Source: Candidatus Thorarchaeota archaeon (lineage in GTDB: Archaea; Asgardarchaeota; Thorarchaeia; Thorarchaeales; Thorarchaeaceae). Taken from it: a stretch of DNA of 28,108 bases. The stretch lies in contig JAWAQK010000032.1 in the NCBI GenBank assembly GCA_038893995.1, forward strand, positions 1-28,108, read 5' to 3'. The notes beneath the pieces are model-generated. The model was not told the DNA's origin. It saw nothing but the letters and a program-made list of their open reading frames with translations, and did not search any database. The position numbers and the translations under genes were made by a program. Below, piece after piece: positions 8,434-17,034 of this stretch. Each line of letters opens with the position of its first letter. The stretch's first letter is position 1.

Positions 8434-8562
8434 CTATTAGAATAGAACAATGAATAAGTATATAAGATAAGTTGTGTCTATATGGAGTGCCAGTGTTTCA
8501 GTGATGAGAATGCTCGACCTTCTCCATGAGAAACGAAGGGGTGGGCGTGGAAGGTGAATGGA

Positions 8563-8967
8563 ATGAGCCTCGAGAAGCCGATCTGCATAGGCCCGGTGAC
8601 AGTCGACGACTACAGCCAGTTTCGTGATATGGCAAGACGAGCTGCCCTGATTGTGTACAGACCCGAGTACTTCAAGACGCCGTTTCGCGACGACGCAAGG
8701 CGATTGAAGCGTGTCACAGTTGCAGCAGTGGGTGTCAGGGTCAACGGGATTCCGATGACATTCAGGTACGTCCTGTCCTATGAGGACATGATAGACCCAT
8801 CCGTGCCCCTTCGTGACCAGTCGGATGATATCTCCAAGAGGTTGCTAGACATTGTCAGCGAGATCGAATCATCCCCAAATGTCATTCGTGGTTCGGTCGA
8901 TGTAGAAACCTCGATGGGGGAGCTGCTAGCAAGAATCCAGACCGCCGGGCCCGAAGTGGCAGATTGA
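8563..8967 (+). CDS. Hypothetical protein
   Basis: Protein-like composition, AGGTG SD and an upstream AT-rich TATA region (about 8459-8465). No family recognised. Confidence 0.75.
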   Translation: MSLEKPICIGPVTVDDYSQFRDMARRAALIVYRPEYFKTPFRDDARRLKRVTVAAVGVRVNGIPMTFRYVLSYEDMIDPSVPLRDQSDDISKRLLDIVSEIESSPNVIRGSVDVETSMGELLARIQTAGPEVAD

Positions 8968-9029
8968 TATGCACTTGAGAGAAACTTAATCACAGACTGT
9001 GGCTGACGCAGTTCAGGGGTGAGAACTCA

Positions 9030-9551
9030 GTGACATCTCCGGAACCAATCGAAGAGATTGTGCCCAGAATCCTAAAGAACTTCTCTGCAAGCCCCAGAGG
9101 TTGGAGAGTGATTCAGACACCCACCGGGGAGGTGCTCATCTCAGGCCCTGAGTCTTCGTACCAGCTGAAACTGATCCCCCTTGATCCATTCCGATTCACG
9201 GGAGCAGGTATAGAGATAGACAATGCGGATAGGGGACCAGACTGGTTCAACTCATCTCCGGAGTTTGGAGTGCGCCCTCTGAGTGATAGAGACGTGTCGG
9301 CGTTACTGGGGACGATAGCGGACCCAGATTCATTCCTGCCCAGGATCCAGAGACTGTTCCAGAGACCACCAGTCAGTCCGTCATCGACAGAACTCCAGGA
9401 CGTGAGCCACGTCATTACAGGCCCGGTGATATCCAGACCCAATCTCACCGACGTTGTATCAGTTTCAGAGGAGGTCCAGGAATTGCTGGAACACTCTGCA
9501 ACCAGAATATTCCGAGAGAGATATCCGATGAGGGCGGGAATGTACATCTAG
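9030..9551 (+). CDS. Hypothetical protein (probably a conserved archaeal family)
   Basis: GTG start with GGGGTGA SD. The pattern P.GWR...YQLK...PF.F.G.G recalls uncharacterised euryarchaeal proteins (from memory, unverified). Confidence 0.78.
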   Translation: MTSPEPIEEIVPRILKNFSASPRGWRVIQTPTGEVLISGPESSYQLKLIPLDPFRFTGAGIEIDNADRGPDWFNSSPEFGVRPLSDRDVSALLGTIADPDSFLPRIQRLFQRPPVSPSSTELQDVSHVITGPVISRPNLTDVVSVSEEVQELLEHSATRIFRERYPMRAGMYI

Positions 9552-9574
9552 AATGCGACTATTGGCCCAGTCAG

Positions 9575-9652
9575 TGGTGGGCCGGGCCGGATTTGAACCA
9601 GCGATCCCCGCACTGTCAATGCGGTATCATAGCCGGGCTAGACCACCGGCCC
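9575..9652 (-). tRNA. tRNA-Val(GAC)
   Basis: GGGCCGG...CCGCA-TTGACAG-TGCGG...GGTTCAAATCC...CCGGCCC-A-CCA. Confidence 0.97.
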
Positions 9653-9791
9653 AACTGGATGACACTCTCTAGGCCGCCATTAAAAACGTTGCGAGACTGT
9701 GCCGACAGGGCAACATTACACGGACACGTGGGTTTCACAGTCCTGCTGCAGATGGTGATGTATGAAACGAACCATACATCGATTCGATATC

Positions 9792-10238
9792 CTAGAGCCC
9801 AGTACTGCCAAACCCCGATGACCCCCTCTCGGAGTCAGAAAGAGTTTCCACATTCATCATCTTCACTCTGGGAATGGGACGTATCGCAAGCTGACTGATT
9901 CTCATCCCCCTTCGTATCTGGAATACATCGGGACCGAGGTTCACAAGGATCGATTTGACCTCGCCGCGGTAGCCGCTATCAATGGTTCCCGGAGAGTTGA
10001 GCACAGTCACTCCATGGTTTGCAGCGAGGCCGCTGCGTGGTCTGACCTCCCCCTCATATCCCTCAGGGATCTCCAGAGCGATGCCTGTGGCGACTGCGTG
10101 AAACTCCCCAGGTCTGAGATCGTAGTCCTCCGCGGCGTACAGGTCAAAGGCTGCATCGCCTTCCCTTGCCATTGTGGGTGTCCTCGCGTATGGGCTAAGC
10201 AGCCTCACTCTCACTGTTACGGGTTCATCCGGTTTCAT
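9792..10238 (-). CDS. dut: dUTP diphosphatase (trimeric dUTPase)
   Basis: All five motifs present: AAFDL, PRSGLA, GTIDSGYRGE, RISQL, RGSSGFGSTG. ATG 10238 with GAAGGTGA SD. Confidence 0.96.
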   Translation of the reverse strand: MKPDEPVTVRVRLLSPYARTPTMAREGDAAFDLYAAEDYDLRPGEFHAVATGIALEIPEGYEGEVRPRSGLAANHGVTVLNSPGTIDSGYRGEVKSILVNLGPDVFQIRRGMRISQLAIRPIPRVKMMNVETLSDSERGSSGFGSTGL

Positions 10239-10465
10239 GTTCGTATCACCTTCGATGGAGTTCACTGCTGGGCTGGGCCATGTATGTCTTGACATCACGC
10301 CCTAGATAGGTTCCTGTGTTACGTCACTTCTGGGATCGAGTGGGCCTCCGTAACGCCGCAGATACGGCGCGTCATCTATCTTGTCATCTTGGCAGACGAT
10401 CTCGCGCATGCCACGTGCGCAAACAACCGGGCGTACTCACTGGTCACCCGACCGGAACTACGGAC

Positions 10466-11134
10466 TCAGACAATTGTGTATTCCTGCCCCTCTCTGAGTA
10501 CCACCAAGTTGACGCCCTTTATTCCAGACACACCCGACTTGAACACATCAACACCCTTGTCCCATGTATGCATGGGAATGGCCACCCTTGGATTGATAGT
10601 GCGTACAGCTTCAACAGCCTCTGCATTGTCCATCGTGTAGGTGTCTCCAACCGGGAGCAGTGCCACGTCAATGTCCTTCAGCTCTGACATCTCCGGTATG
10701 AGATCAGTGTCTCCGGCATGATAGATACTCTTGTCATCAATGGTGATAACGTAGCCAACACCAAAGCCCTTCGGATGGAACGGCTTCCCAGGACTCCTGA
10801 ACCGTTTGACATTGTAGGCGTGGACCGCACGAACAGATATGTTCTTCACGAAGAGGCTTTCTCCAGGCCTCATGGCTGTAAATCGGAGTCCCGTCTTCTT
10901 GGCACAGTCCTCGGGACCAGCTATCACCGTGTCTGGGCCAATGATCCTCGCTATGGCCTCGGAGTGACAGTGGTCGTCGTGCGAGTGAGTCACAAGCACA
11001 AGTGTGGCCTTCTCAGTGGGCTCTGCCACTCTCTTTGCCAGTTCACTCGGACGGTAGTAGTCAACATAGACCACACTGGCCTCACTGCGTATCTGGAACC
11101 CAGAATGACCCAACCAGCGAATCGAGACTGTCAT
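10466..11134 (-). CDS. MBL-fold metallo-hydrolase (UlaG-like/UPF0173)
   Basis: WLGHSGF, THSHDDH, HAYN...H, YHAGDTD, LLPVG and IPMH motifs. Confidence 0.93.
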   Translation of the reverse strand: MTVSIRWLGHSGFQIRSEASVVYVDYYRPSELAKRVAEPTEKATLVLVTHSHDDHCHSEAIARIIGPDTVIAGPEDCAKKTGLRFTAMRPGESLFVKNISVRAVHAYNVKRFRSPGKPFHPKGFGVGYVITIDDKSIYHAGDTDLIPEMSELKDIDVALLPVGDTYTMDNAEAVEAVRTINPRVAIPMHTWDKGVDVFKSGVSGIKGVNLVVLREGQEYTIV

Positions 11135-11212
11135 CTTGTATCGTGGTCAGATATGCAGAACTCACTCTAAAACTCCTCCATTGCCCCGTGACTCCGGTCA
11201 ACTAGTCTGTGA

Positions 11213-11620
11213 TCAGTGCCCCGTATCAATCGGTTCCTTGCGTTCTACGAAGTCGAGGGCAACCGAGTTTATGCAGTATCTGAGTCCAGTTGGCTCGGGA
11301 CCGTCGTCAAACACATGCCCCAGGTGACTTCCGCATCTCTTGCATCTGACCTCTATCCTAGACATTCCATAGCTCGTGTCAGTCCGGGTTTCGATGCTGT
11401 CCGGTAGGCTCGCCCAGAAACTCGGCCAGCCACTGCCAGAATCATACTTGTTCTCGGAGGCAAACAGCGGGTTCCCACAGCCAGCGCACACGTAGACCCC
11501 TGTCTTCTTGTTGTACAGCAGTCTACCAGTAAAGGGCGGCTCGGTACCACATTCTCTCAGCACCCGATATTGCTCTGGTGTGAGCAGCAATTTCCACTCA
11601 GAGTCGCTTCGCTCCATCAT
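11213..11620 (-). CDS. msrB: Peptide-methionine (R)-S-oxide reductase, Zn-binding type
   Basis: GTEPPF, CAGC, GWPSF, CKRCGSHLGHVFDDGP and RYCINS motifs. Confidence 0.97.
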   Translation of the reverse strand: MMERSDSEWKLLLTPEQYRVLRECGTEPPFTGRLLYNKKTGVYVCAGCGNPLFASENKYDSGSGWPSFWASLPDSIETRTDTSYGMSRIEVRCKRCGSHLGHVFDDGPEPTGLRYCINSVALDFVERKEPIDTGH

Positions 11621-11757
11621 ATCATCTGATAACTATAGTTAATTTTTCGCTGAAAAGGATATCGGAGTGACGATGAAATTTCCCCTGTAACTACGAGACA
11701 CAGGAGTCAAGGCGATCATAGGAAAACCATAATACACACCGGAATGGAGGGCATAGC

Positions 11758-12297
11758 ATGAACAGGATACTCCTCGGTTATGGCACCCGCTACGGTACCA
11801 CAAGACAGATTGCGACAGAGATCGCGGATGTGCTGAGGGCCAGAGCGGATGTCGACCTTGTGGACCTGAAGAGGGAAAGGCCCCCACGCAACCTTATTGA
11901 GTATGACCTCGTTGTGATCGGAACCGGTATTCAGGCAGGGCGTTGGACCAGCGAGGCGATCAAGTTCATCGAGAAGAATAGGGACAGCCTAGCGCAGCTC
12001 AAGATCGCCCTCTTCGTGGTCTGTGGATATGCGGCCTCTCCAGACAAGCGTCATGAGGCTCAAGCAGAGTACTTGGATGCAATCATGGCCCGGTTTCCCG
12101 AACTAAAGGTCGTCGCGACCGGGTTGTTTCCGGGAATGTTCGACATGAGCAAGTACAGTCCGCTGGTGCGCTTCATCATCAAGCGGATGCTACCAAGACA
12201 CGAGATGAAAAGTGAGCACATTCCTGAGGTGATTGACCTCAGGGACATGGGAATGGTACGCGCGTGGACAGAGGAGCTTGTGGAAAGGTTCTCATGA
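11758..12297 (+). CDS. Flavodoxin-domain protein (HemG-like)
   Basis: FMN loop YGTRYGTT..IA..IA, YDLVVIG.GI..GRW and C-terminal DLRD...VRAW. Confidence 0.88.
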   Translation: MNRILLGYGTRYGTTRQIATEIADVLRARADVDLVDLKRERPPRNLIEYDLVVIGTGIQAGRWTSEAIKFIEKNRDSLAQLKIALFVVCGYAASPDKRHEAQAEYLDAIMARFPELKVVATGLFPGMFDMSKYSPLVRFIIKRMLPRHEMKSEHIPEVIDLRDMGMVRAWTEELVERFS

Positions 12298-12362
12298 AAC
12301 ACCAATGTGTAACTACGGTCACAAGAAGCATATTTACGGTTCAGATCAATAGAAATGGTAGC

Positions 12363-12875
12363 ATGAAGAGAACAGTCGTTGCCGCGCTTGTCCTGCTCGT
12401 TCCAGTGATGATGGTCATTTCCGTAAGTCTTGCAGGAGTGTCATGGCCATATTCGAACGCACCCACTCCTGGTGTGACCATGAATGGCATTGTCGTCACA
12501 GATATCTACATGTGGCAGGACTTCATGCCGATGATCCCCCCTGAGGGGGCTCCATTCCACGTCGTCGTCTGGATCAACATCTCAAACTCAGGACCATACC
12601 AGCTGAGATACTTCCGTTTTCCCAGCATAACGATACTCTATCGAGATACGAATGTGTCAATAGCGACTTTACCCCTCAGTCTAGTGGAGCCTGACGAATA
12701 TGTTGTTGAACCAAACACCACAGTGACCTTTGTATTGACAAACAACAGGAGCTACATATTCTCGCCGAACGTACCAGAGGGGACTCTTCTATTTGCCATA
12801 GTGGAGATCGTATGGGAGAGCGGATGTACTGAACATATCGTGTCGCCTGAGTGCCCACTGAGATACACTTACTAG
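12363..12875 (+). CDS. Hypothetical exported beta-rich protein
   Basis: N-terminal signal/anchor helix (MKRTVVAALVLLVPVMMV), WQDFMP motif and several N-x-S/T sequons. Confidence 0.75.
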   Translation: MKRTVVAALVLLVPVMMVISVSLAGVSWPYSNAPTPGVTMNGIVVTDIYMWQDFMPMIPPEGAPFHVVVWINISNSGPYQLRYFRFPSITILYRDTNVSIATLPLSLVEPDEYVVEPNTTVTFVLTNNRSYIFSPNVPEGTLLFAIVEIVWESGCTEHIVSPECPLRYTY

Positions 12876-13081
12876 TGTGCCCGACAACATCATGCGAGCA
12901 CGGCCAAAACAGCTGTCTGAGCGTGATATGCTCTTCTGAGCACCCTAGGCGACCGACAGTAATGCGAAACGAACCGAACTGTGTTCGTGATGTGGAAGAC
13001 AGAAAGGGAAATCGATGAGCGACCCGTCCACAGACCTCCGTCTGACGATGCCCCATTGTCTCGCGAACATGGACACGTAGG

Positions 13082-13492
13082 TCACTTCAACGGTACGTAC
13101 TGTGAACTCTTTGTTGCTCCGATTCCGGGGTTACCATGCTTGACCACCTTGACTGTTGGCGCAAGCTCACCCAAGAGGTGACCAATCATCTGGGGGATGA
13201 TTCTGATCTTGGTATACTCCTTTCCATTGTGCACGGCAATTGTGAGGTCTACCATCTCTGGGAGGACGACCATGTCCCTGCAGTGAGTCTTCACAATCAC
13301 ATCCTTGCCTTTCTTCTGTGCCTTACGTGCATTCCTGAGCTTCAGGATGAGCTTCTTATGTCTCGGAGGAAGGCCTCTCCTCAGCGTTCTCCTTCTCTTA
13401 GATGGAAGTAGCTCTATGAGCTCGTCCATGTTCATCTGGGTCAGTTCCTGAAGCTGATAGCCGCGGTATGTGAAGACTCCCTTCTGGGACAT
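13082..13492 (-). CDS. rps19: 30S ribosomal protein S19 (uS19, archaeal/eukaryotic type)
   Basis: FTYRG, RRTLRRG, KTHCRDMVVLPEMV, HNGK, MIGHLLGE and PGIGATKSSQYVPLK. CAGGTGA SD. Confidence 0.98.
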   Translation of the reverse strand: MSQKGVFTYRGYQLQELTQMNMDELIELLPSKRRRTLRRGLPPRHKKLILKLRNARKAQKKGKDVIVKTHCRDMVVLPEMVDLTIAVHNGKEYTKIRIIPQMIGHLLGELAPTVKVVKHGNPGIGATKSSQYVPLK

Positions 13493-13582
13493 TATATCAC
13501 CTGGTATGTGGAATTCTTAGAGTCCACTGGAGCATCGAGTGAGTCTAGCAACCAGATTTAAGGTTATCCATCTGTTGTTTCA

Positions 13583-14113
13583 TTACACCCCCGGCGGATC
13601 ACTGCCATCCTGTCTTGCCGATGCCTTCCTTATTGCTTCTCGGACCCATGTCAGACTGTGTTCAAAGCCTGGATCTCTGGTGAGCGCTTTCCGTGCATAC
13701 TCGATGGCCTCATTCCAGCGTTCCAGTTCGTAGTTTATCTCTGCTACGTGCAACAATGCAATCGAGAGTTTCTCATCCAACTCAAGGGCTGCCTTGAAAC
13801 ACTCAAGGGCCGGCTCCAGATTCCCCAGTTTCCGGAGACAGACTCCCTTGTTGAATACGGCGACGGGGTCGTCTGGTCGATCTTTGATTGCGCGGTCCAG
13901 CAGTTCAAGAGCCTCCCTGGTCTCTGCACTGTTTTCACGAGGGGGATTCTGAAGTTCCATCAACGAAACGGCCAATGTGACTGTAGCTTTGTAGTCAGTT
14001 GGATCTTTCTCCAGAATACCTCTGAGGAGAGTGATCGCCTCGTCCAGTCTGGACTCGAGAAGCATCTGAGCAGCCTTGTTGTAGCAATCATTCTTCTTGA
14101 GGAAACGCAACAC
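13583..14113 (-). CDS. Tetratricopeptide repeat protein
   Basis: Repeated TPR pattern (AVFNKGVCLRKLGNLEPALECFKAALELD; AEINYELERWNEAIEYARKALTRDP). Confidence 0.88.
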   Translation of the reverse strand: MLRFLKKNDCYNKAAQMLLESRLDEAITLLRGILEKDPTDYKATVTLAVSLMELQNPPRENSAETREALELLDRAIKDRPDDPVAVFNKGVCLRKLGNLEPALECFKAALELDEKLSIALLHVAEINYELERWNEAIEYARKALTRDPGFEHSLTWVREAIRKASARQDGSDPPGV

Positions 14114-14182
14114 ACATCGATTCTACTAACATGGGGTACACTCTTAAGTCGATACCCATCGCATGTTCTTAGGCGTTCAGGA

Positions 14183-15532
14183 ATGGGAGTACTGTTCGGA
14201 ACCAATGGTGTCAGAGGAACAATCAACGAGGGCTTGACTGCGGACATTGTGCTCAGACTCTCGGCGGCAGTGGGAAGTACTCTCGGGCCAGGTCTGGTGT
14301 CAGTATCTGGCGATGCCAGGATGGGGAGAGAGATGTTTCAGAGGGCCGCTGTCGCAGGCCTTCTCTCCACAGGGTGTTCTGTGGTCGACATAGGTCCCGC
14401 CCCGACCCCTGTATTACAGTACATCACGCCCCGACTCGGCTGTGTCGCAGGAATCATGGTGACCGCATCACACAATCCGGCCCAATACAATGGAATCAAG
14501 GTCCTTGGTCATGACGGAATCGAGGTCGATAGGAACATCGAAACAGAGATCGAGGCTGTCTTTACGTCCAGGCGTTTCAGGATAGCAACATGGAGAGACA
14601 TCGGCGAGGTGATTCAGGAGCGTAGTGCAATCCGCAGATACATTGAGGCAATAAAGGGACTGGTCGACACTGAGGCAATTCGTCGCCGACGGCTAAAGGT
14701 CGTTGTCGACGGCGCCAACAGCGTCGGAGCACTGGTCACTCCAACTCTTCTTCGAGAGCTTGGCTGCAAGGTCGTGAGCATCAACTCACAGCTGGACGGT
14801 CACTTTCCTGGCAGAGAGCCTGAGCCCATACCTCAGAACCTGGAGACTCTGAGGGCATGCGTACGAGCAGTCGGAGCAGACCTGGGCGTGGCTCATGACG
14901 GTGATGCAGATAGGGCCACCTTTGTAGATGAAACCGGACAAGTCCTGTGGGGCGACCAGTCATTCGCCATAGTTGCCTCGAGGAAGCTGAAGCCGGGTTC
15001 ATTATTGATCACACCTGTGAGCAGTGGTAGACTGATAGAAGATGTCGTCAACAATGCCTCTGCGAGGATCGAGTGGACAAAGGTCGGCAGCGTTGTTGTC
15101 TCGCACAGGATAGTTCAGACAGGGGCTGATCTCGGAGGGGAGGAGAACGGTGGGGTCTTCTATCCCAGACATCAACCTGTGAGAGACGGCCCCATGACAG
15201 TTGCTCTGATTGCAGAGATCATGTCATTAGAGAACAGAACCCTCTCGGGCATAGTGGCGGAACTACCAAGGTACTACAGTCGGAAATCGAAGTTGGTAGT
15301 ACCTCTTGACAGGAGAGAAAAGACACTGGAGGCTCTGATGGAACTCACGAGAGGAGAGAAACGTGTGACTATAGACGGAGTGAAGGTGATTCGAGAAGAG
15401 GGTTGGTTCCTCATGCGCCCGTCAGGAACAGAGCCGATATGGAGATGTTTCGCGGAGGGCAAACAGGAACAGACTGCAGAGTCCCTGTTGAGTGAGGCAG
15501 AGCATCTTGTCAGGACTGCCTCAGGTACTTAG
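14183..15532 (+). CDS. glmM: Phosphoglucosamine mutase / phosphomannomutase (alpha-D-phosphohexomutase)
   Basis: LFGTNGVRG, TASHNP, DGDADR, GGEENGG and RPSGTEP motifs. True start is ATG 14183. Substrate (GlcN versus Man/Glc) is not resolvable from sequence. Confidence 0.9.
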   Translation: MGVLFGTNGVRGTINEGLTADIVLRLSAAVGSTLGPGLVSVSGDARMGREMFQRAAVAGLLSTGCSVVDIGPAPTPVLQYITPRLGCVAGIMVTASHNPAQYNGIKVLGHDGIEVDRNIETEIEAVFTSRRFRIATWRDIGEVIQERSAIRRYIEAIKGLVDTEAIRRRRLKVVVDGANSVGALVTPTLLRELGCKVVSINSQLDGHFPGREPEPIPQNLETLRACVRAVGADLGVAHDGDADRATFVDETGQVLWGDQSFAIVASRKLKPGSLLITPVSSGRLIEDVVNNASARIEWTKVGSVVVSHRIVQTGADLGGEENGGVFYPRHQPVRDGPMTVALIAEIMSLENRTLSGIVAELPRYYSRKSKLVVPLDRREKTLEALMELTRGEKRVTIDGVKVIREEGWFLMRPSGTEPIWRCFAEGKQEQTAESLLSEAEHLVRTASGT

Positions 15533-15716
15533 TGCACCGCAGATGCATCATAGCAGGAAAGAGTACCGAGCACCCACACAAATCTCCGAGATCCGATGAT
15601 GCCGGTAATTGACTTTACTTCGGAGCATGCTCCCAAGAATAGTCAGCAATTGCCCAACAGGGGTGACGAACCCGGAGGCCATACGTCCTCCGGATCGAGT
15701 TTATCACCTGCGTCAC

Positions 15717-16058
15717 TTACTGTGTCTTCTGTTCCCCTTCCTTGGGCGTACTCTCGGGCTTCTCTTCGAAATCAAAGTCATCCAATGGCTCTGGGGCGGG
15801 TGTTGTGATCATGGTCCAGCCTATCCACATGGCAATCACGCCAATCAGAACCACTGCTAGATAGACAGGGATGATGACCAGCATCAGGGGATCCGGCTTA
15901 AAGATGCTGTTCAAGATGCCTGGGGGAGGAAAGATCGAATCGACCCATGTAGAAAGAGCAGGAAATACCTGCAAGAGTACAAGCCCCCATGTAAAGTATA
16001 GCAACAACAACAGTGCAAGAATGAGGATCAGTGTTCCGATGAGTTTCTCCTTGACCAT
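15717..16058 (-). CDS. Small two-TM membrane protein, DPM2/PIG-P-like
   Basis: KLIG..TM1..YFTW, loop, IPVYL..TM2..WIGWTMITTP, acidic tail. The pattern resembles eukaryotic DPM2 and PIG-P by eye. ATG at 16058. Confidence 0.75.
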   Translation of the reverse strand: MVKEKLIGTLILILALLLLLYFTWGLVLLQVFPALSTWVDSIFPPPGILNSIFKPDPLMLVIIPVYLAVVLIGVIAMWIGWTMITTPAPEPLDDFDFEEKPESTPKEGEQKTQ

Positions 16059-16236
16059 AACTGTGTCACGACCGACTATGAATGTAACTAGGTAGCAGTC
16101 CGGAGCGAGTATGATAAAAAACTTGTGTAGTGTCAGCCCCTCTAAGTCAGCCAGCATGCTTGGCCCCTTGCGTATCACTTATAATCACTGTATGTTGCGA
16201 ATGGGGCCCAGGCTAGCAATCACCTACGGAGTGGCA

Positions 16237-17031
16237 ATGAAGATGAAGATCATAGTGCCAGTCAAGCAAGTACCTGAAGTTTCAGAGGTGAAGGTTGATC
16301 CCAAGACGGGGACACTGATCAGGGATGGTGTTCCCAGTATTCTCAATCCGTTCGATGAGTATGCAGTAGAGGCGGCTGTACAGCTCAAAGAGAAGTATGG
16401 TGGAGAGGTAGTCGTCATCACGATGGGACCACCACAGGCAAGGGATGCGCTCTACAAGGCTCTTGCAATGGGAGCAGACAGCGCCATCCATATGACCGAC
16501 CGTGCCTTTGCTGGCGCAGACACATGGGCCACTGCGTTCACACTATCCCAGCAGATCAAGAAGATGGAGTACGATCTGGTCATATGTGGAAAGCAGGCCA
16601 TCGATGGGGACACCGCACAGGTTGGGCCAGAGCTCGCTGAGTTGCTGGGTATTCCGCAGATATGTTATGTGAGGCACCTCGAGATTGATCCTGACGGAAA
16701 ACATGTAATATGTCATCGTGCGACAGATGAGGGATATGAGGTTGTCAAGGCAAAGATGCCAGTACTTCTGACGGCAACAAAGGGGCTCAATGAGCCCAGA
16801 CTTCCCAACATCATGGGCATAATGAAAGCAAAGAAGAAGCCGCTCCAGGAGGTCAATGCAGCCACTCTGGGAGTCTCCGAAGATCTTGTCGGTCTAAAGG
16901 GTTCTCCCACAGCAGTACGACGGGTCTTCAGCCCGGAGAAGCGTAAGGGTGGGGTCAAACTGGAGGGGGAGGATCCACGAAGCGCGGCGAAAAAACTAGT
17001 TGAGTTTCTTGCCAGCAAGGGGGCGATATGA
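16237..17031 (+). CDS. etfB: Electron transfer flavoprotein subunit beta
   Basis: VKQVP, NPFD, AFAGADTWAT, CGKQAIDGDTAQVGP and NEPR motifs. Confidence 0.96.
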   Translation: MKMKIIVPVKQVPEVSEVKVDPKTGTLIRDGVPSILNPFDEYAVEAAVQLKEKYGGEVVVITMGPPQARDALYKALAMGADSAIHMTDRAFAGADTWATAFTLSQQIKKMEYDLVICGKQAIDGDTAQVGPELAELLGIPQICYVRHLEIDPDGKHVICHRATDEGYEVVKAKMPVLLTATKGLNEPRLPNIMGIMKAKKKPLQEVNAATLGVSEDLVGLKGSPTAVRRVFSPEKRKGGVKLEGEDPRSAAKKLVEFLASKGAI

Positions 17032-17034
17032 GAG

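Noticed and set aside
11213-11620. MsrB as a selenoprotein
   Set aside because: The catalytic codon is TGC and the frame has no internal TGA.
13658-14182. N-terminal extension of the 624-aa plus-strand ORF
   Set aside because: It is the antisense shadow of the TPR gene; the mutase begins at MGVLFGTNG (14183).
15533-15716. Hairpins between convergent genes (CCGGAGG/CCTCCGG, GGAGCATGCTCC, GGTAATTG/CAATTGCC)
   Set aside because: Stems of 7-8 bp are near chance expectation at this GC content; at most generic terminator or 3'UTR structure.
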